Part shown: positions 21,358-31,783 of the stretch, piece after piece
Position numbering within the stretch: the stretch's first letter is position 1
Layout: each line of letters begins with the position of its first letter
Notes under the pieces: model-generated
The model's database searches: none
What the model saw: the letters and a program-made list of their open reading frames with translations, nothing else
Told to the model about the DNA's origin: nothing
NCBI GenBank assembly: GCA_963765205.1
Contig: CAVXVB010000007.1
Span: forward strand, 96,001 to 160,000
Direction of reading: 5' to 3'
DNA: 64,000 nt
From: an uncultured Verrucomicrobiae bacterium
GTDB lineage: Bacteria; Verrucomicrobiota; Verrucomicrobiia; Opitutales; JABDGR01
Translations under genes and position numbers: made by a program

Positions 21358-21984
21358 ATGCGCAAATTATGGCTGATTGTCCTGGTGATCGCGATCACGG
21401 TTTTGGCGGTCTGGCTGTTCCGACAGCCGACGGCGGCGGCGACGCCCAAGCTGGCGATGGCCCCCGCGCCGGTCAATATTGCCGCGCCCGCGCCGAACAA
21501 GGTTGAGCCGCCGAAACTGGCCCCGCCGGTGGTGCCCAAATCGGTGGCCGAGGCTCCCGTGGCGGCGCCCGCGGCGGTGGAAGCCGCGCCGGCCGCGGAG
21601 GGCACGCAGGCGGAATTGAATGCCACGATTGACGATATTGCTTCGATGATGCAGGCCGGCGACCTTGTGGGCCTGTTCGAAAAATATGCTTCGCCGGAAG
21701 ACCAGGCCAAGATGACGCCCCAGGATAAAGCGGAAATGGAGCAGGGTATGCAGCAAGCGATGGCCGATCCCCAAGCGCAGCAGATGATCCAGGGGATGAC
21801 GCGGATGTTCCAATCCCTGAAGGATCAAACGCCGCAAATGAACGCGACCGGCGACCAGGCCACCTACCAGATGACGCCGACGGCGGACATGCTGCAGCCC
21901 GGCATGGCGTTGCCGCCGTCCCAGCCGATGACTTTTGAAAAGATTGACGGCCGGTGGTATATCAAGGGTGGCGAGGGTTTTTAG
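21358..21984 (+). CDS. 'KIDGxWY' family paralog
   Basis: Signal anchor, Pro/Ala linker, QAGD...FEKIDGRWY. Confidence 0.75.
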   Translation: MRKLWLIVLVIAITVLAVWLFRQPTAAATPKLAMAPAPVNIAAPAPNKVEPPKLAPPVVPKSVAEAPVAAPAAVEAAPAAEGTQAELNATIDDIASMMQAGDLVGLFEKYASPEDQAKMTPQDKAEMEQGMQQAMADPQAQQMIQGMTRMFQSLKDQTPQMNATGDQATYQMTPTADMLQPGMALPPSQPMTFEKIDGRWYIKGGEGF

Positions 21985-22000
21985 CTTGCGCCAACCCGCC

Positions 22001-22642
22001 ATGAAACCGCGGCATTTTGCGATGGTCTTGGCGGGCATCTTCGCCGTCGTGGGAATGGCATGGCTCCTACGTAGTTCGGTGCCAGCGACAACGCCGCTGA
22101 AAGCCGCCGAGGGTTTTGGGTCCGCGCCGGTAAACGTCGAAACAGCGGCGTTAAGCAAAGTCGAAGCGCCAGGCCTTGCGCCGCCGGTCGCCCCGCGCGC
22201 GACGAAAGCCGGAGCGGCCACGGCGCCAAGGGTGGCGGCCGATGATACAGACAAACAGGCAACCGCGGCGGAGTTGAGTGCGGTCGTTGACGACATGGTT
22301 GATTTGGTGCAGGCTGGCGATGTGGTTGCGTTTTTTGATAAATACACCCCGCCGGAAGAATTGGCCCAGATGACGCCGGAGGCAAAAGCGCAAATGGTGC
22401 AAAATGCACAGCAATGGATGACGGATTCGGCGACGGAGCCATTTGCCCGCGCCTTGCTGCTGGGTTGGCAATCCCTGCAAAACCAGGCACCCGTCCTGAA
22501 TGCCGCCAGGGATGAGGCGAGCTACCAGATGAAACTCCCGGCGATCATTGATCCCTCCCGCGGGTTGGACATTCCGGCCATGACGCGACCCATGGTCTTT
22601 GAAAAAATTGACGGCCATTGGTATGTTAAGGGCAATAACTGA
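22001..22642 (+). CDS. 'KIDGxWY' family paralog
   Basis: QAGDVVAFFDKY...FEKIDGHWY. Confidence 0.75.
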   Translation: MKPRHFAMVLAGIFAVVGMAWLLRSSVPATTPLKAAEGFGSAPVNVETAALSKVEAPGLAPPVAPRATKAGAATAPRVAADDTDKQATAAELSAVVDDMVDLVQAGDVVAFFDKYTPPEELAQMTPEAKAQMVQNAQQWMTDSATEPFARALLLGWQSLQNQAPVLNAARDEASYQMKLPAIIDPSRGLDIPAMTRPMVFEKIDGHWYVKGNN

Positions 22643-22758
22643 CGCTGGGGCGCGTTTTGGCCGGTCAGCTTTTGCGCCGATTTCACAAATTTCTTGTTCG
22701 TTTTCCCGCGTTGATGGTGTCTAAATAAGAAGGAGCCACAGGATTTGATGAAACCGCC

Positions 22759-23374
22759 ATGAGCCGCCGTAATTTTGCCGTCATTTTGATGAGCGCCATC
22801 GCCGTGGTGGCGCTGGCGTGGCTGTTCCACACCCCGGCCCCGGCGGCGATGCCGGAAAAGACGGTGGCCACGCCCAAGCCCGCACCCCAACAGATCCAAG
22901 CGCCGAAGCTGGCGCCGACGCAAATCGCCCCGCCGGTGGCCGGCCCGGCGAACGGGCCGGCGGAGCCGACGGGCGAGGTGGCGGCCCGCGCCTGCGGAGA
23001 CGGACCCGCAGGGGGAATTGGGCACTTCGATTGATGACATCATTGGCCTCTTGCAAGCCGGCGACCTGTATACGGCGATGATGCGCTATTTCCCGCCCGA
23101 CAAGCTGGCGGAGATATCGCCGGCGGACATGGCGGGCATGCAGCAAAACTTGCAGCAGATGATGGCCCAGCCGGAGGCGCAGATGGGCATCCAGATGATG
23201 GTGCAGGTGCTGCAAAACATGAAAACCATGACGCCGACGATGAATGACGCCGGCGACAAGGCTACTTATGACGTGTCCGACCCCACCGGGCAGGACACGC
23301 GCACGCAGCCGTTCTCATTCGAGAAAATTGAGGGGAAATGGTATGTGGACCCCGACAAAATGGGCGGGATGTGA
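22759..23374 (+). CDS. 'KIDGxWY' family paralog, frameshifted near 22985
   Basis: ORFs 22759..23034 and 23018..23374 join; ends FEKIEGKWY. Confidence 0.7.
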
Positions 23375-23461
23375 GGCCAGCGGCGACCATTTTTCGAAAA
23401 TTAAATCCACCTATTCCAAAATTTTCCGTTACCAACTCCAACCTCAACCCAACCCGCTCCC

Positions 23462-23851
23462 ATGAATCCATCCACGAATCCTCCGCCCCTGCCCAACCTG
23501 GGCTTGGCCCCGCTGCTCGTCGCCCTGGCCTTTTGCTGCCTGGTATTCGCCTTTATGTTCTGGAAAATTTTCACCAAGGCGGGGCAACCGGGGTGGGCCA
23601 GCCTCATTCCGATTTACAACTGGTATGTGCTGCTGAAGGTGTCGGGCAAGCCCGGCTGGTGGCTGATTCTATACTTTATTCCCCTGGTGAGTTTCATCAT
23701 GTGGATTCTGACGTGCCTGGCGGTGGCGGAAAAATTCGGCAAAGGCGCGGGCTTTGGCGTGGGGCTGGCGTTCCTGTCCATTATCTTCTTCCCGATTCTC
23801 TGGCTTCGGCGGCGCGCAATACCAGGGGACGACGGGCGGGTAGGTGTTTGA
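23462..23851 (+). CDS. DUF5684-like membrane protein (frameshift near 23800)
   Basis: WKIFTKAGQPGWASLIPIYN, FGKGAGFGVGL; expected FGGAQYQG end lies in another frame. Confidence 0.75.
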   Translation: MNPSTNPPPLPNLGLAPLLVALAFCCLVFAFMFWKIFTKAGQPGWASLIPIYNWYVLLKVSGKPGWWLILYFIPLVSFIMWILTCLAVAEKFGKGAGFGVGLAFLSIIFFPILWLRRRAIPGDDGRVGV

Positions 23852-24152
23852 AGCCGAAGACCATGCACCGCCAAGACGCGAAGAACGCAAAGGAGGCTTT
23901 TGCATAAGAGGCCGGCTTGGCGCTCTTTGCGGCTGGGCGGTGAAGTTTTGGCAAACGGGCGTTTGAATTGGTGCGGAAACCGCGCGGAGGGGGCGGGGTT
24001 GCAAGAATCTTGGTTCGCGTAAAACTTTTACGAAGAATAAAGACAACTATCCGCGGGCGCTGAGGTTTATCTGGGCAAGTTCCTCGCCCCCGGAAGCCGC
24101 TGACCGCGGCCACGGCGGGCTTTCCAACCGCAATCCTCAAAAAAGAAAATTT

Positions 24153-24680
24153 ATGAATACACTTTTCAAACTGATAGCGATGACCCTGGCCCTGGGCCTC
24201 GGGGGCAACCTTGCATTCGCCCAGGATGCTCCCGCCGTAACCCAAGCCCCGGCGGGCGTGGGCGACCAAAATCCCAATGCCGGCCCCGGCGGCCCTGGCG
24301 ATCAAGGTGGTCCCGGTGGGCCGGGCGGATTTCGCGGTGGGCCGGGCGGCCCCGGCGGCCCCGGTGGGCCTGGCGGTCCGGGCTTTGGCCCGCCGCCCGC
24401 GGGCGCGCAAGATGGCCCGCCTCCGGCCGGTGATTCGGTTTCGGGGAATGGCGCGGACAACCCGGATGGAGCGCCTCCACAAGGCGGTCCGGGCTTTGGC
24501 CCCGGTCGCGGTGGCCCGGGTGGTCGGGGTGGCCCGCGTGATGGTCGCGGTGGGCTTGGCGGACGTGGTGGCCCGGGTGGGCCTGGCGGTCGCGGTGGCC
24601 CGGGTGGCCCCGGTTTTGGCCCGCCGCCTGATGGCGCACCGGTGGAGGCCGGTTCGGCTCCCGCCGGCAGCGGGGCGTAA
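24153..24680 (+). CDS. Secreted Gly/Pro-rich low-complexity protein
   Basis: Signal peptide ending AFA; GGPG/GGRGG repeats. Confidence 0.65.
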   Translation: MNTLFKLIAMTLALGLGGNLAFAQDAPAVTQAPAGVGDQNPNAGPGGPGDQGGPGGPGGFRGGPGGPGGPGGPGGPGFGPPPAGAQDGPPPAGDSVSGNGADNPDGAPPQGGPGFGPGRGGPGGRGGPRDGRGGLGGRGGPGGPGGRGGPGGPGFGPPPDGAPVEAGSAPAGSGA

Positions 24681-24789
24681 TTCCGCGAAAACAATTTAGG
24701 GGTAAGGACGCAAACAGGGGCGTCCGAGCACGGAGGCCGGGCCGATGCAGTCGGCCCGGCCTCTTCATTTTAAGGATGAGCGACGGCCT

Positions 24790-26031
24790 TCACACTTTGG
24801 TAAAGAGGGCGAGGGTGGCGCTGTAGCCGTGGATGAAATTGTGGGGGCCGACGGGGCCGAATTCGCCGTTGCCGAAAAAGCCGGCGAAGGCGAGGGGGCC
24901 GAGCGAGCGGGCGATCAGCCCGGCGTCGTGGTCGGGCCGGCCAAAGAGGTGGGTGCCGCGGCCGTTGCACACGCAGAGGCAGCCGCCGTAAACGAGGCGG
25001 CCGGCCAGGTCGGCGCGGGTTTGCGCGAGGTGCTCGGCGAGGTCCGCCGCCGCCGCCGTGGCGTCGCGCAACTGGAACTGGAGGGTCTGCCCGGGGCGGG
25101 GAAAGGCGGCCACCGCGAGCGCGCCGGACTGCTGGTCGCCGCCGAGGATATTGCGTATTAAAAAATCTCCGCGGCGAAATTCGTCCGTGTATTCATTGAC
25201 GGCGAGGCCGACAAAGATGTTGCCTTTGGCGCGCTGGCGCTGGGCCTCGGGCAGGTTCTGGAAGGTTTCCTGGAGGACTTGATAGGCGGGGCGGTTGCCG
25301 ATTTGGTGGATGACGTAGCCTTCGGCGCGCGTGATCGTCCACGTCTCGCCCACCGGCTCGCAGCCCTGGGCGACGAGGCCGGCGAGGCCGACCGCGCCGC
25401 CCACGGAGAGGGCGACGCCGCCTTCCTCGTAAACGTGGCCGTTCAAATACAACTGGCTGGCAAATTCGCCGTCGCGCCCGGCGGCGAGGCCGCCGAGGAT
25501 GGGCCGCGGGGCGTAGGCGGCATTCCAGCCGCTGAGCCATTGGTCGGTGCGCATATGGAACGGGTCGGCAAAAACGAGCCAGCCGCGCGCGTGCTCGGGC
25601 GCGACGCCGGATTGGCGCACCCAATAGCCGGCGCCGACATCGGCCTCGACGTCGCGCGCGGGGAAATGGAAGCCGTGCAGTTCCGCGCCGGGCAAATGAA
25701 AGAGGGCCAGCGCGAGGCCTGCGTGGCGCTCGATTTCGTGGCCGGTGGCGACGAGGGCGTGGCTCGAGCAGCCGACGAGCAAGGGGGTGTGCGCGTGGAG
25801 GCGGATGATTTCGAGCGCCTCACGGGCGGCGGCGTAAAACGGCGGCGCCATGAAAACAAGGCCGAGTGTGGGCGGCCCGGCGGTCACGCGCTCGCGCAAT
25901 TGCGTGGCAAATTGGACGAGGGCCTCCTCATTGAACGGCCCGGGCAGGTGGCCGGCCGCGGCGTGCCCCGGCGCCAGCTCGAGCGGCGGCAGGGGTTCGG
26001 CGGGCGAAAAATGGGCCGGCGGCGTTTCCAT
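24790..26031 (-). CDS. FIST signal-transduction domain protein
   Basis: LVGCSS, VAQGCEPVG, CNGRG, AGFFGNGEFGP. Confidence 0.9.
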   Translation of the reverse strand: METPPAHFSPAEPLPPLELAPGHAAAGHLPGPFNEEALVQFATQLRERVTAGPPTLGLVFMAPPFYAAAREALEIIRLHAHTPLLVGCSSHALVATGHEIERHAGLALALFHLPGAELHGFHFPARDVEADVGAGYWVRQSGVAPEHARGWLVFADPFHMRTDQWLSGWNAAYAPRPILGGLAAGRDGEFASQLYLNGHVYEEGGVALSVGGAVGLAGLVAQGCEPVGETWTITRAEGYVIHQIGNRPAYQVLQETFQNLPEAQRQRAKGNIFVGLAVNEYTDEFRRGDFLIRNILGGDQQSGALAVAAFPRPGQTLQFQLRDATAAAADLAEHLAQTRADLAGRLVYGGCLCVCNGRGTHLFGRPDHDAGLIARSLGPLAFAGFFGNGEFGPVGPHNFIHGYSATLALFTKV

Positions 26032-26095
26032 GCCCAACAGCATAACAAGATTTCCACGTTTGGCAATGGTTTCGGGGGGGTGTCGTGACGCATTT

Positions 26096-26174
26096 TCGTA
26101 GCGTTGAGCTTTAGCCAGCGCTTTTTCAATACTCCTGCAACTCGGAGCGCTGGCTAAAGCTCAGCGCTACGAAA
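26096..26174. repeat. REP-like palindrome (CGTAGCG..CTTTAG / CTAAAG..CGCTACG family)
   Basis: Inverted arms; relatives at 37532-37605, 40979-42035 (split by IS) and 46421-46497. Confidence 0.75.
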
Positions 26175-26228
26175 CAAACCCTGTCCCACAATGCGAGATC
26201 CGAAAACACGGGACGGTATGGTTGGGGT

Positions 26229-26423
26229 TCAGCCATGGGCAATCTTGGTTTCCAATTCCTCGGCGGAGACGCGCCGCCAGGCCTTCATGGCCCGGATGCG
26301 ACTGGCGGTGGCGCGACGCCACTCGGGCGTCTCGTGTTTCAGGCGCAAAAGGGAGGCGAACAATTCCTGCCGATCGCGTTTCCCCAGGCGGCAAACTTCT
26401 TGTTTAAGTTCCAGCAGACTCAT
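26229..26423 (-). CDS. Small hypothetical protein
   Basis: 64-aa ATG ORF with helical character. Confidence 0.5.
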   Translation of the reverse strand: MSLLELKQEVCRLGKRDRQELFASLLRLKHETPEWRRATASRIRAMKAWRRVSAEELETKIAHG

Positions 26424-26678
26424 GGAGACATCCTAGCCGCCGGGTGGCTTTCGTCAAGGACACAGCGGCGGTGGAACTGATAGATGAACGAGGAAGGCAT
26501 CGAAGGTTCTTTTGAGCTCACGGCGGGCTGGTCGAACTGCGCCAAGGCAGAATTTTTTTCGGCTAGCATCGCGGCGAAGGCGGGTGGGGAAATTAAAATA
26601 ATGGCAATGATCGTGAGAGACGCATGGGGGCAGGGACGCCTTGGAGAAGCGTCCCTTGTCGCGCAACACCCAAGGGGA

Positions 26679-27179
26679 CTATTCCGTGAGGGTGAGAGTC
26701 ACGTCGGTGTTGGGGGATTTCACGGTGGTGACCGGTTGCCCCGGTTTGAGGAAAACCCAGCCCGATGCGCCAGGTTGGGGACCCGCCCTAGGTAAATTGA
26801 CATTGGCGCCCGCCTCGTAATTCACCAGATAGCCATCACCACTTTGGGTTATAGATATTACCCGGACATCCATCGTTTCGTCGTCCGGGCTGGCACCCTG
26901 CGCGGTCACGGTAACGTCCAGCTTGACGTTGGTATTCACCATGCCCGTGAAATGGATGGCCAGGGAACCCATATTTGGCGGGGCGGCCGGCTGGGGCGCG
27001 TTGAAGTTCTGCCCTCGGGCACCTTGGGCGACGGCGCCAGGGGGGAGCGGTCCGATTGTGCGTCGAGGGCCAGTTGGCGCGGGGGGAGCGGCCTCCGGTA
27101 CGGAGGCCGGAGCGTCTTGCGCGGCCAGTGTCAAAGTTAACAAAGTGAGCAAGAGGATGGCGAAATGAGGCGTTTTCAT
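26679..27179 (-). CDS. Secreted protein with one copy of the beta-domain repeated in the upstream ECF extension
   Basis: Signal peptide; GYLVNY...SGWVFLKPGQ...VTLTLTE. Confidence 0.6.
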   Translation of the reverse strand: MKTPHFAILLLTLLTLTLAAQDAPASVPEAAPPAPTGPRRTIGPLPPGAVAQGARGQNFNAPQPAAPPNMGSLAIHFTGMVNTNVKLDVTVTAQGASPDDETMDVRVISITQSGDGYLVNYEAGANVNLPRAGPQPGASGWVFLKPGQPVTTVKSPNTDVTLTLTE

Positions 27180-27229
27180 ATAAGGGGAATAAAGTAAAGG
27201 GTTGGAAAGGATGGAAGGCGTTGATTCCA

Positions 27230-29111
27230 TTAATAAGCGGCGGAGGTGAGGGTTATATTGAGGCTGCCCAAACCTTGGGCGTCCTGCACGGTGATCGTCT
27301 GGCCAACTTTGAGCAGGACCGAACCACTGCAAAGGTCGTCCCCGCCACCTAAAACGATGACGCTACCTGAGGGAGTGGTGGTGGGGACGTTAATTGAAAA
27401 ATCCGCGCTATATCCCACCTGATAAGTGCCCGGATCCGCCGCTGCACTCGGAGCGGGCTTCATGATCGTGACGCGGTTTGATGCATGCGAGGCTGGGCTG
27501 TTGGCCAGTGGCACCGCGGCCACTTGATACAATTCTTCGACCCCCTGGCCAAGCCCCGCCATCGTGGTGGTCAAGGCGACATTAACCGGGATATCTGGAG
27601 CCAAGGCACCTTGGATGTTCACTGTAAAATTTTGCGTGGGGCTTCCCCCGGTTCCCGCGGGTGGGCCGGCGTTGGGCACTTCGGTGAGGGTCACTTTGAG
27701 GTTTATTAGGCCATCGTCGCTGGCGACAGAGGCCGTTTCCCCGGATTTCAGAACCAATGAGCTATTGGCGGTAATGAAGCCGTTGGGTTTGGCGTCAAGT
27801 GAACTCGCGGCAGAGGCAAAACTTATTTGATAGCTGTCTGCAACCAGCGAAATATTGCCTCGGATCGTTCCTTGGACAGCCTCTTGCACAGGATAAGGCC
27901 CGCCGTTGAATTGTGCGGTGCCAAAGACGAACTCTCGCAAAAAATGTCCAATGCCCACGAAGGTGACATCCACGGGATGGTCCGGCCCCAGATTGCCGGT
28001 GACGCGCACGACCACATTATGGGAAAGCGGCTGGCTGGCCGATGCGCCGGCACCGGCCCGCCCGCGCTGGGCGGGAGGCGCGGAGATGGTTCTGGCGGGT
28101 GGAACTGCTGGCACGCTGCCCGACGAATTTGGCGTGGTTGCGGTGGGGGGCGGGCTGGACTCGGCCACCAGCAAGGGAGGCGAACCCGGCGTGCCGGCGG
28201 GCGTGGGTGCAACCAACGGCGTAGATTGAGCAAGCGCCAAAGTTGGCGATGGTTGGCTTGGCGACGTGGCCGGTGCGGGAACGGGCGGGGTTGCTTGGTT
28301 GGCGACGGCGGCAACTGTCGGGGTCGTGAGTATCTTATTATCTGGGAGATTGGCTGAGCGTAAAAACGGCAGCGCAATCAAACTGGCCGCCACCAGCGCA
28401 AGGGCGATTTGGGTTTTGGTGTTCATGGTGAGAAAAAACTTGAGCAACATATCGCCCATGCCCAACGCCGCGCCGGAACCGGCCAGCGCCGCCCCTGTGA
28501 CGCTGGCGGCGAGACCTGGCCGGCACCGCCTGGCTGGACGGCGCGGTGAGCGCGGTCACGACCGCGGTCGAGGCCACGGTGACGCCCGAGCGCGCGAAAT
28601 ACCGGCGCATTTTCTTGATGGCGCGGGCTATGCGGTTGTGCGCGGCCTGCTCGCTCAACGCCGCCGCGGCGCCGGCTTCGCGCAGGCTCTTGTTCTCAAA
28701 AAAGCGCAGGATGATGAGGTTTTGGTCGCGGGGGCTTAATTGGCCCAGCGCCTCGTCCAGCAGGGGCAGGAGTTGGGCGAGCATGGGCGAGGCGCCTGAG
28801 TCGAGTTCGGCGTTGTTCATGGCTGCGGTCTCGCGTTGGCGGCGGCGGTGTTCCTTGCGCAATTCATTGAGGGCGGTGCGGTGCGTCGTGCGGTAGAGCC
28901 AGCCCGGCAGCGCGCGGCCGTGGCGCACCATCCAGCTTTTGCGGGCCAGGAGCAAAAAGACCGCCTGCACGACGTTTTGCGCCGCCTGCGATTCGCCGGT
29001 GAGGCGCAAGGCCGTCGCATAGACGAGGCGGACATGGCGCGCCACCAGTTCGGCAAAGGCGGTCTCCGACTGGCGCTCGCGGTATTCCTGCAACAGGGCG
29101 TGGTCATCCAT
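27230..29111 (-). CDS. ECF sigma factor with TM and extracytoplasmic extension, frameshifted near 28520
   Basis: AFAELVARHVRLVYATALR, region 4 LILRFFENKSLREAG; joins AVPA/GLAASVTGAALAG into ORF 27230..28465. Confidence 0.8.
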
Positions 29112-29249
29112 GAGGGTGCTTTATTATAATGACACCGCCGAAGCTGCAAACTACACAAACCCATGCCAAAGGGCGGGCGATAGAGGCGTTTCTGGAGGGT
29201 AGGGACGCCCTACCGTGCGTTGATTAAATTGCTGACGATATTACCGCCC

Positions 29250-31388
29250 TCAGGGCGGGCTGGTCGAACTTCGCTGCGGCAGGGTTCCGGCGGTCGGCGT
29301 GGCCGCGAAGGCCAGCGGCGAAATTGTCGCCGTCGGTTGCATCGCCGGCGCGGCGGAGATCTTGGTGCCGTCGGGTTTATACAAGGAATTCAATTCGAGG
29401 CGCAGGTAATCATACATGATGCCGTTGGTGAGGGGGCCGGCGCGGATGGTGAGCTGGATGTTGTTGTCGCCGGCCTTGAGCATTCCGGCGTCAAAGGTCA
29501 CGTCGCGCTCGGTCCAATAGCCGCCGATGCTGTCGCGGCTGGTGGCGTTGATGTAGCGCAGGCGGTTGACAGTGGTGACGGCCTGGCTGTTGGCGGCGAC
29601 GTTAATGACGGTGTTGTTGCCTGCCCCGCAAATCGCTAGGCGCAGGATCGCCGAGCCGACCGGCGCGGTGTCGAGGTGGAAATTGATGGTCCAGGTGGTG
29701 GCGCGGCCCTGGGTATCGCTATTGGCGCCGTCGAAGCTCTCGACGTGCGGCACCTGCTCGAAGAACCAGTCTTTTTTATAATCACTTTTTCCGATGGTGT
29801 AATTTACGTCGTTGGGGAAGAGCTTGGCATACTGGATATACCAGCCCCAGTGCCAGAAGTTGTCGCCGTCGAGGAACTCCGAGCCGAAGCGGTTGGGGAT
29901 GCCGATGTCCCAGACTTGGGTGCCGTAGCGCACGGGCTGCCAGTTGAGTTTGCCGAGATCGAGGGTCTGGCCTTCGGCGAGGGTGACGTTAGCCTTGGCA
30001 TATTCGCCGAGGACGCCGTCGGCGATGGCGTGGAGTTCATAGGTGCCGGGCCGCACTTTCGGGATGGTGAACTGGCCGTTCTCGTCGCCGCGGACCCAAA
30101 ACTCATAGTGCTTGGCGTCCTTCTGCCAGTCCTGGCCGCTGTCGTCGGTAGTTTCATCGGGATAGGTGAGGCCCACAAAAAGGTTCGGCAGCCTGGTCGT
30201 TTTCGCCTGCGGGTCGTTGAGCACGAGCTGGCCGGTGACGGTGGCGCGCTGGGCGGCGTGCGGGTAATCCACGCCGTTGACCCACTCGTAGGGCCACGCG
30301 GTGTTTTCCTTCTGCGCCTGCTGGAGGGCGTCAAGGAAGAGGGCGTTCGAGTTGTCCGCGACGTCGGCCGAGGGCTGCGCGACGGAATTGCAATAGAGAT
30401 AAATCGGGCCGACGACCTTGCTCCAGACCTCACCGGCGGCGACGTTGCAGTTGCAGCCGCCGTAGTGGGTGCCTTTCCAGTAGTCGAGGATGAGCGGGTC
30501 GCCGCCGGTATTGTCGTCGAGGTGGCAATCTAGTTCGTCCTTGGTGACGCCGCCGCCGAGGAATTCAATGGTGGGGTTGATGAACCAGAAGCCGAGGTGC
30601 TGCTTGGTGCTCGACCAGCCGAAGGCGGGGGTGAAGAACTGGTAGCCGCAGTAATCGTATTTGTGTTCGACCTGGCCCTGGTGGATGCCGGTGTTGAGGT
30701 AGCGCGCCTCCTTCATGCCGCCCATCTGCGTGCCGGCGTCCCAGTCCGCGCTGGTCGCCATGAGCAAATTGCGGTTTGCGTCCACGCTCAGCCAGTCGAA
30801 AATCGCGGGGTTGAGTTTCGTGCCGTAGCGGTTTTCGCCCATGGAGGCGCCGCCCATGTCGGCGGTGTGCGAGTAAATGGCGTAAGTGTAAACGCCGCTT
30901 TCGCCGCGGCCCATCGCATAGCGCACTTCCTGAATGAAGTTGCCGCTCGGGCCTTTGACGGAAACCTCGGCGCGCGCGCCGGCGTTGCTGGCCGGGTCAA
31001 TTGTCACGGAGGCGACTGCGCGGCTGGGGTTGGTTTCCCAATAACCGGCGGGCACGCCGGAGTTGTGGCCCATCAAATCCAGGCCGTGATACATGAGCGT
31101 CGTCATATGGCCGTTCGATTTGCTGATGGTCGCGGTGACGACGCCGTTGCTGAGGACGTAGTTTTGCGCGTCCTGCGTAATCGTCACCGGCTGGCTGACG
31201 ACGGGCGCGATGGCGGGGAGCTGGCCGAGATGGGGAATCGGCGGGACGGGAATGCCGGGCACGGCGGGCTGGGGCAGCGGCCCGGAGTAAGCGGCGGGAG
31301 TAGATTGGGCGGCGAGGGTGGCTGCGCCAAAAAGGGCGGCGATGGAAATTAGGAACAAAACACGAAGGTAACTGAACGGGAATTTCAT
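29250..31388 (-). CDS. Second PL4 rhamnogalacturonan lyase
   Basis: VEHKYDY, GFWFINPT, VRPGTYELHA, YDYLRLEL; paralog of 572..2740. Confidence 0.85.
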   Translation of the reverse strand: MKFPFSYLRVLFLISIAALFGAATLAAQSTPAAYSGPLPQPAVPGIPVPPIPHLGQLPAIAPVVSQPVTITQDAQNYVLSNGVVTATISKSNGHMTTLMYHGLDLMGHNSGVPAGYWETNPSRAVASVTIDPASNAGARAEVSVKGPSGNFIQEVRYAMGRGESGVYTYAIYSHTADMGGASMGENRYGTKLNPAIFDWLSVDANRNLLMATSADWDAGTQMGGMKEARYLNTGIHQGQVEHKYDYCGYQFFTPAFGWSSTKQHLGFWFINPTIEFLGGGVTKDELDCHLDDNTGGDPLILDYWKGTHYGGCNCNVAAGEVWSKVVGPIYLYCNSVAQPSADVADNSNALFLDALQQAQKENTAWPYEWVNGVDYPHAAQRATVTGQLVLNDPQAKTTRLPNLFVGLTYPDETTDDSGQDWQKDAKHYEFWVRGDENGQFTIPKVRPGTYELHAIADGVLGEYAKANVTLAEGQTLDLGKLNWQPVRYGTQVWDIGIPNRFGSEFLDGDNFWHWGWYIQYAKLFPNDVNYTIGKSDYKKDWFFEQVPHVESFDGANSDTQGRATTWTINFHLDTAPVGSAILRLAICGAGNNTVINVAANSQAVTTVNRLRYINATSRDSIGGYWTERDVTFDAGMLKAGDNNIQLTIRAGPLTNGIMYDYLRLELNSLYKPDGTKISAAPAMQPTATISPLAFAATPTAGTLPQRSSTSPP

Positions 31389-31512
31389 GGGGCAACGGGG
31401 GTGGGAAAAGATAATTGTAGTGCGGAGGCGGCGTCCGGCAAGCTTGCAGTGGAGCGGGTGAAATGGGGAGGGTGGAGTGGGGAGTGCAGCAGGGGTGATT
31501 GGGGTGCGAGGG

Positions 31513-31659
31513 GATTTGAGATTTCAGTTTTCAAAACTCAAAACTCAAAATGCAGAATGCAAAATGAAAAATGAGGAATGAGGAATGAGGAATGAGGAAG
31601 GCAGAATGTGAATCTTGAACTCGAAACTCGAAACCTGGAACCCGAAACCCGAAATCCGA
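31513..31659 (+). repeat. 21-unit heptamer array with drifting sequence
   Basis: gatttga...aaactca...gaatgag...aactcga...aacccga in continuous 7-bp register. Confidence 0.85.
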
Positions 31660-31783
31660 AACTAACCCGCCCAATGGCCGCTCCCGGCCCTCGTTACCCG
31701 GCTTGGAGAGCAGGTGAACACCCCATGTGGGCAGGTCCGATTGCGGTTCTGTTGGGCGCGATTCGATGCGAGAATACGCGCGA

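Noticed and set aside
19395..23374. DGR target/template repeats among the paralogs
   Set aside because: No reverse transcriptase in the window and divergence is not adenine-specific.
24153..24680. Collagen-like protein
   Set aside because: GGP/GGR repeats are short and interrupted, without a sustained Gly-X-Y domain.
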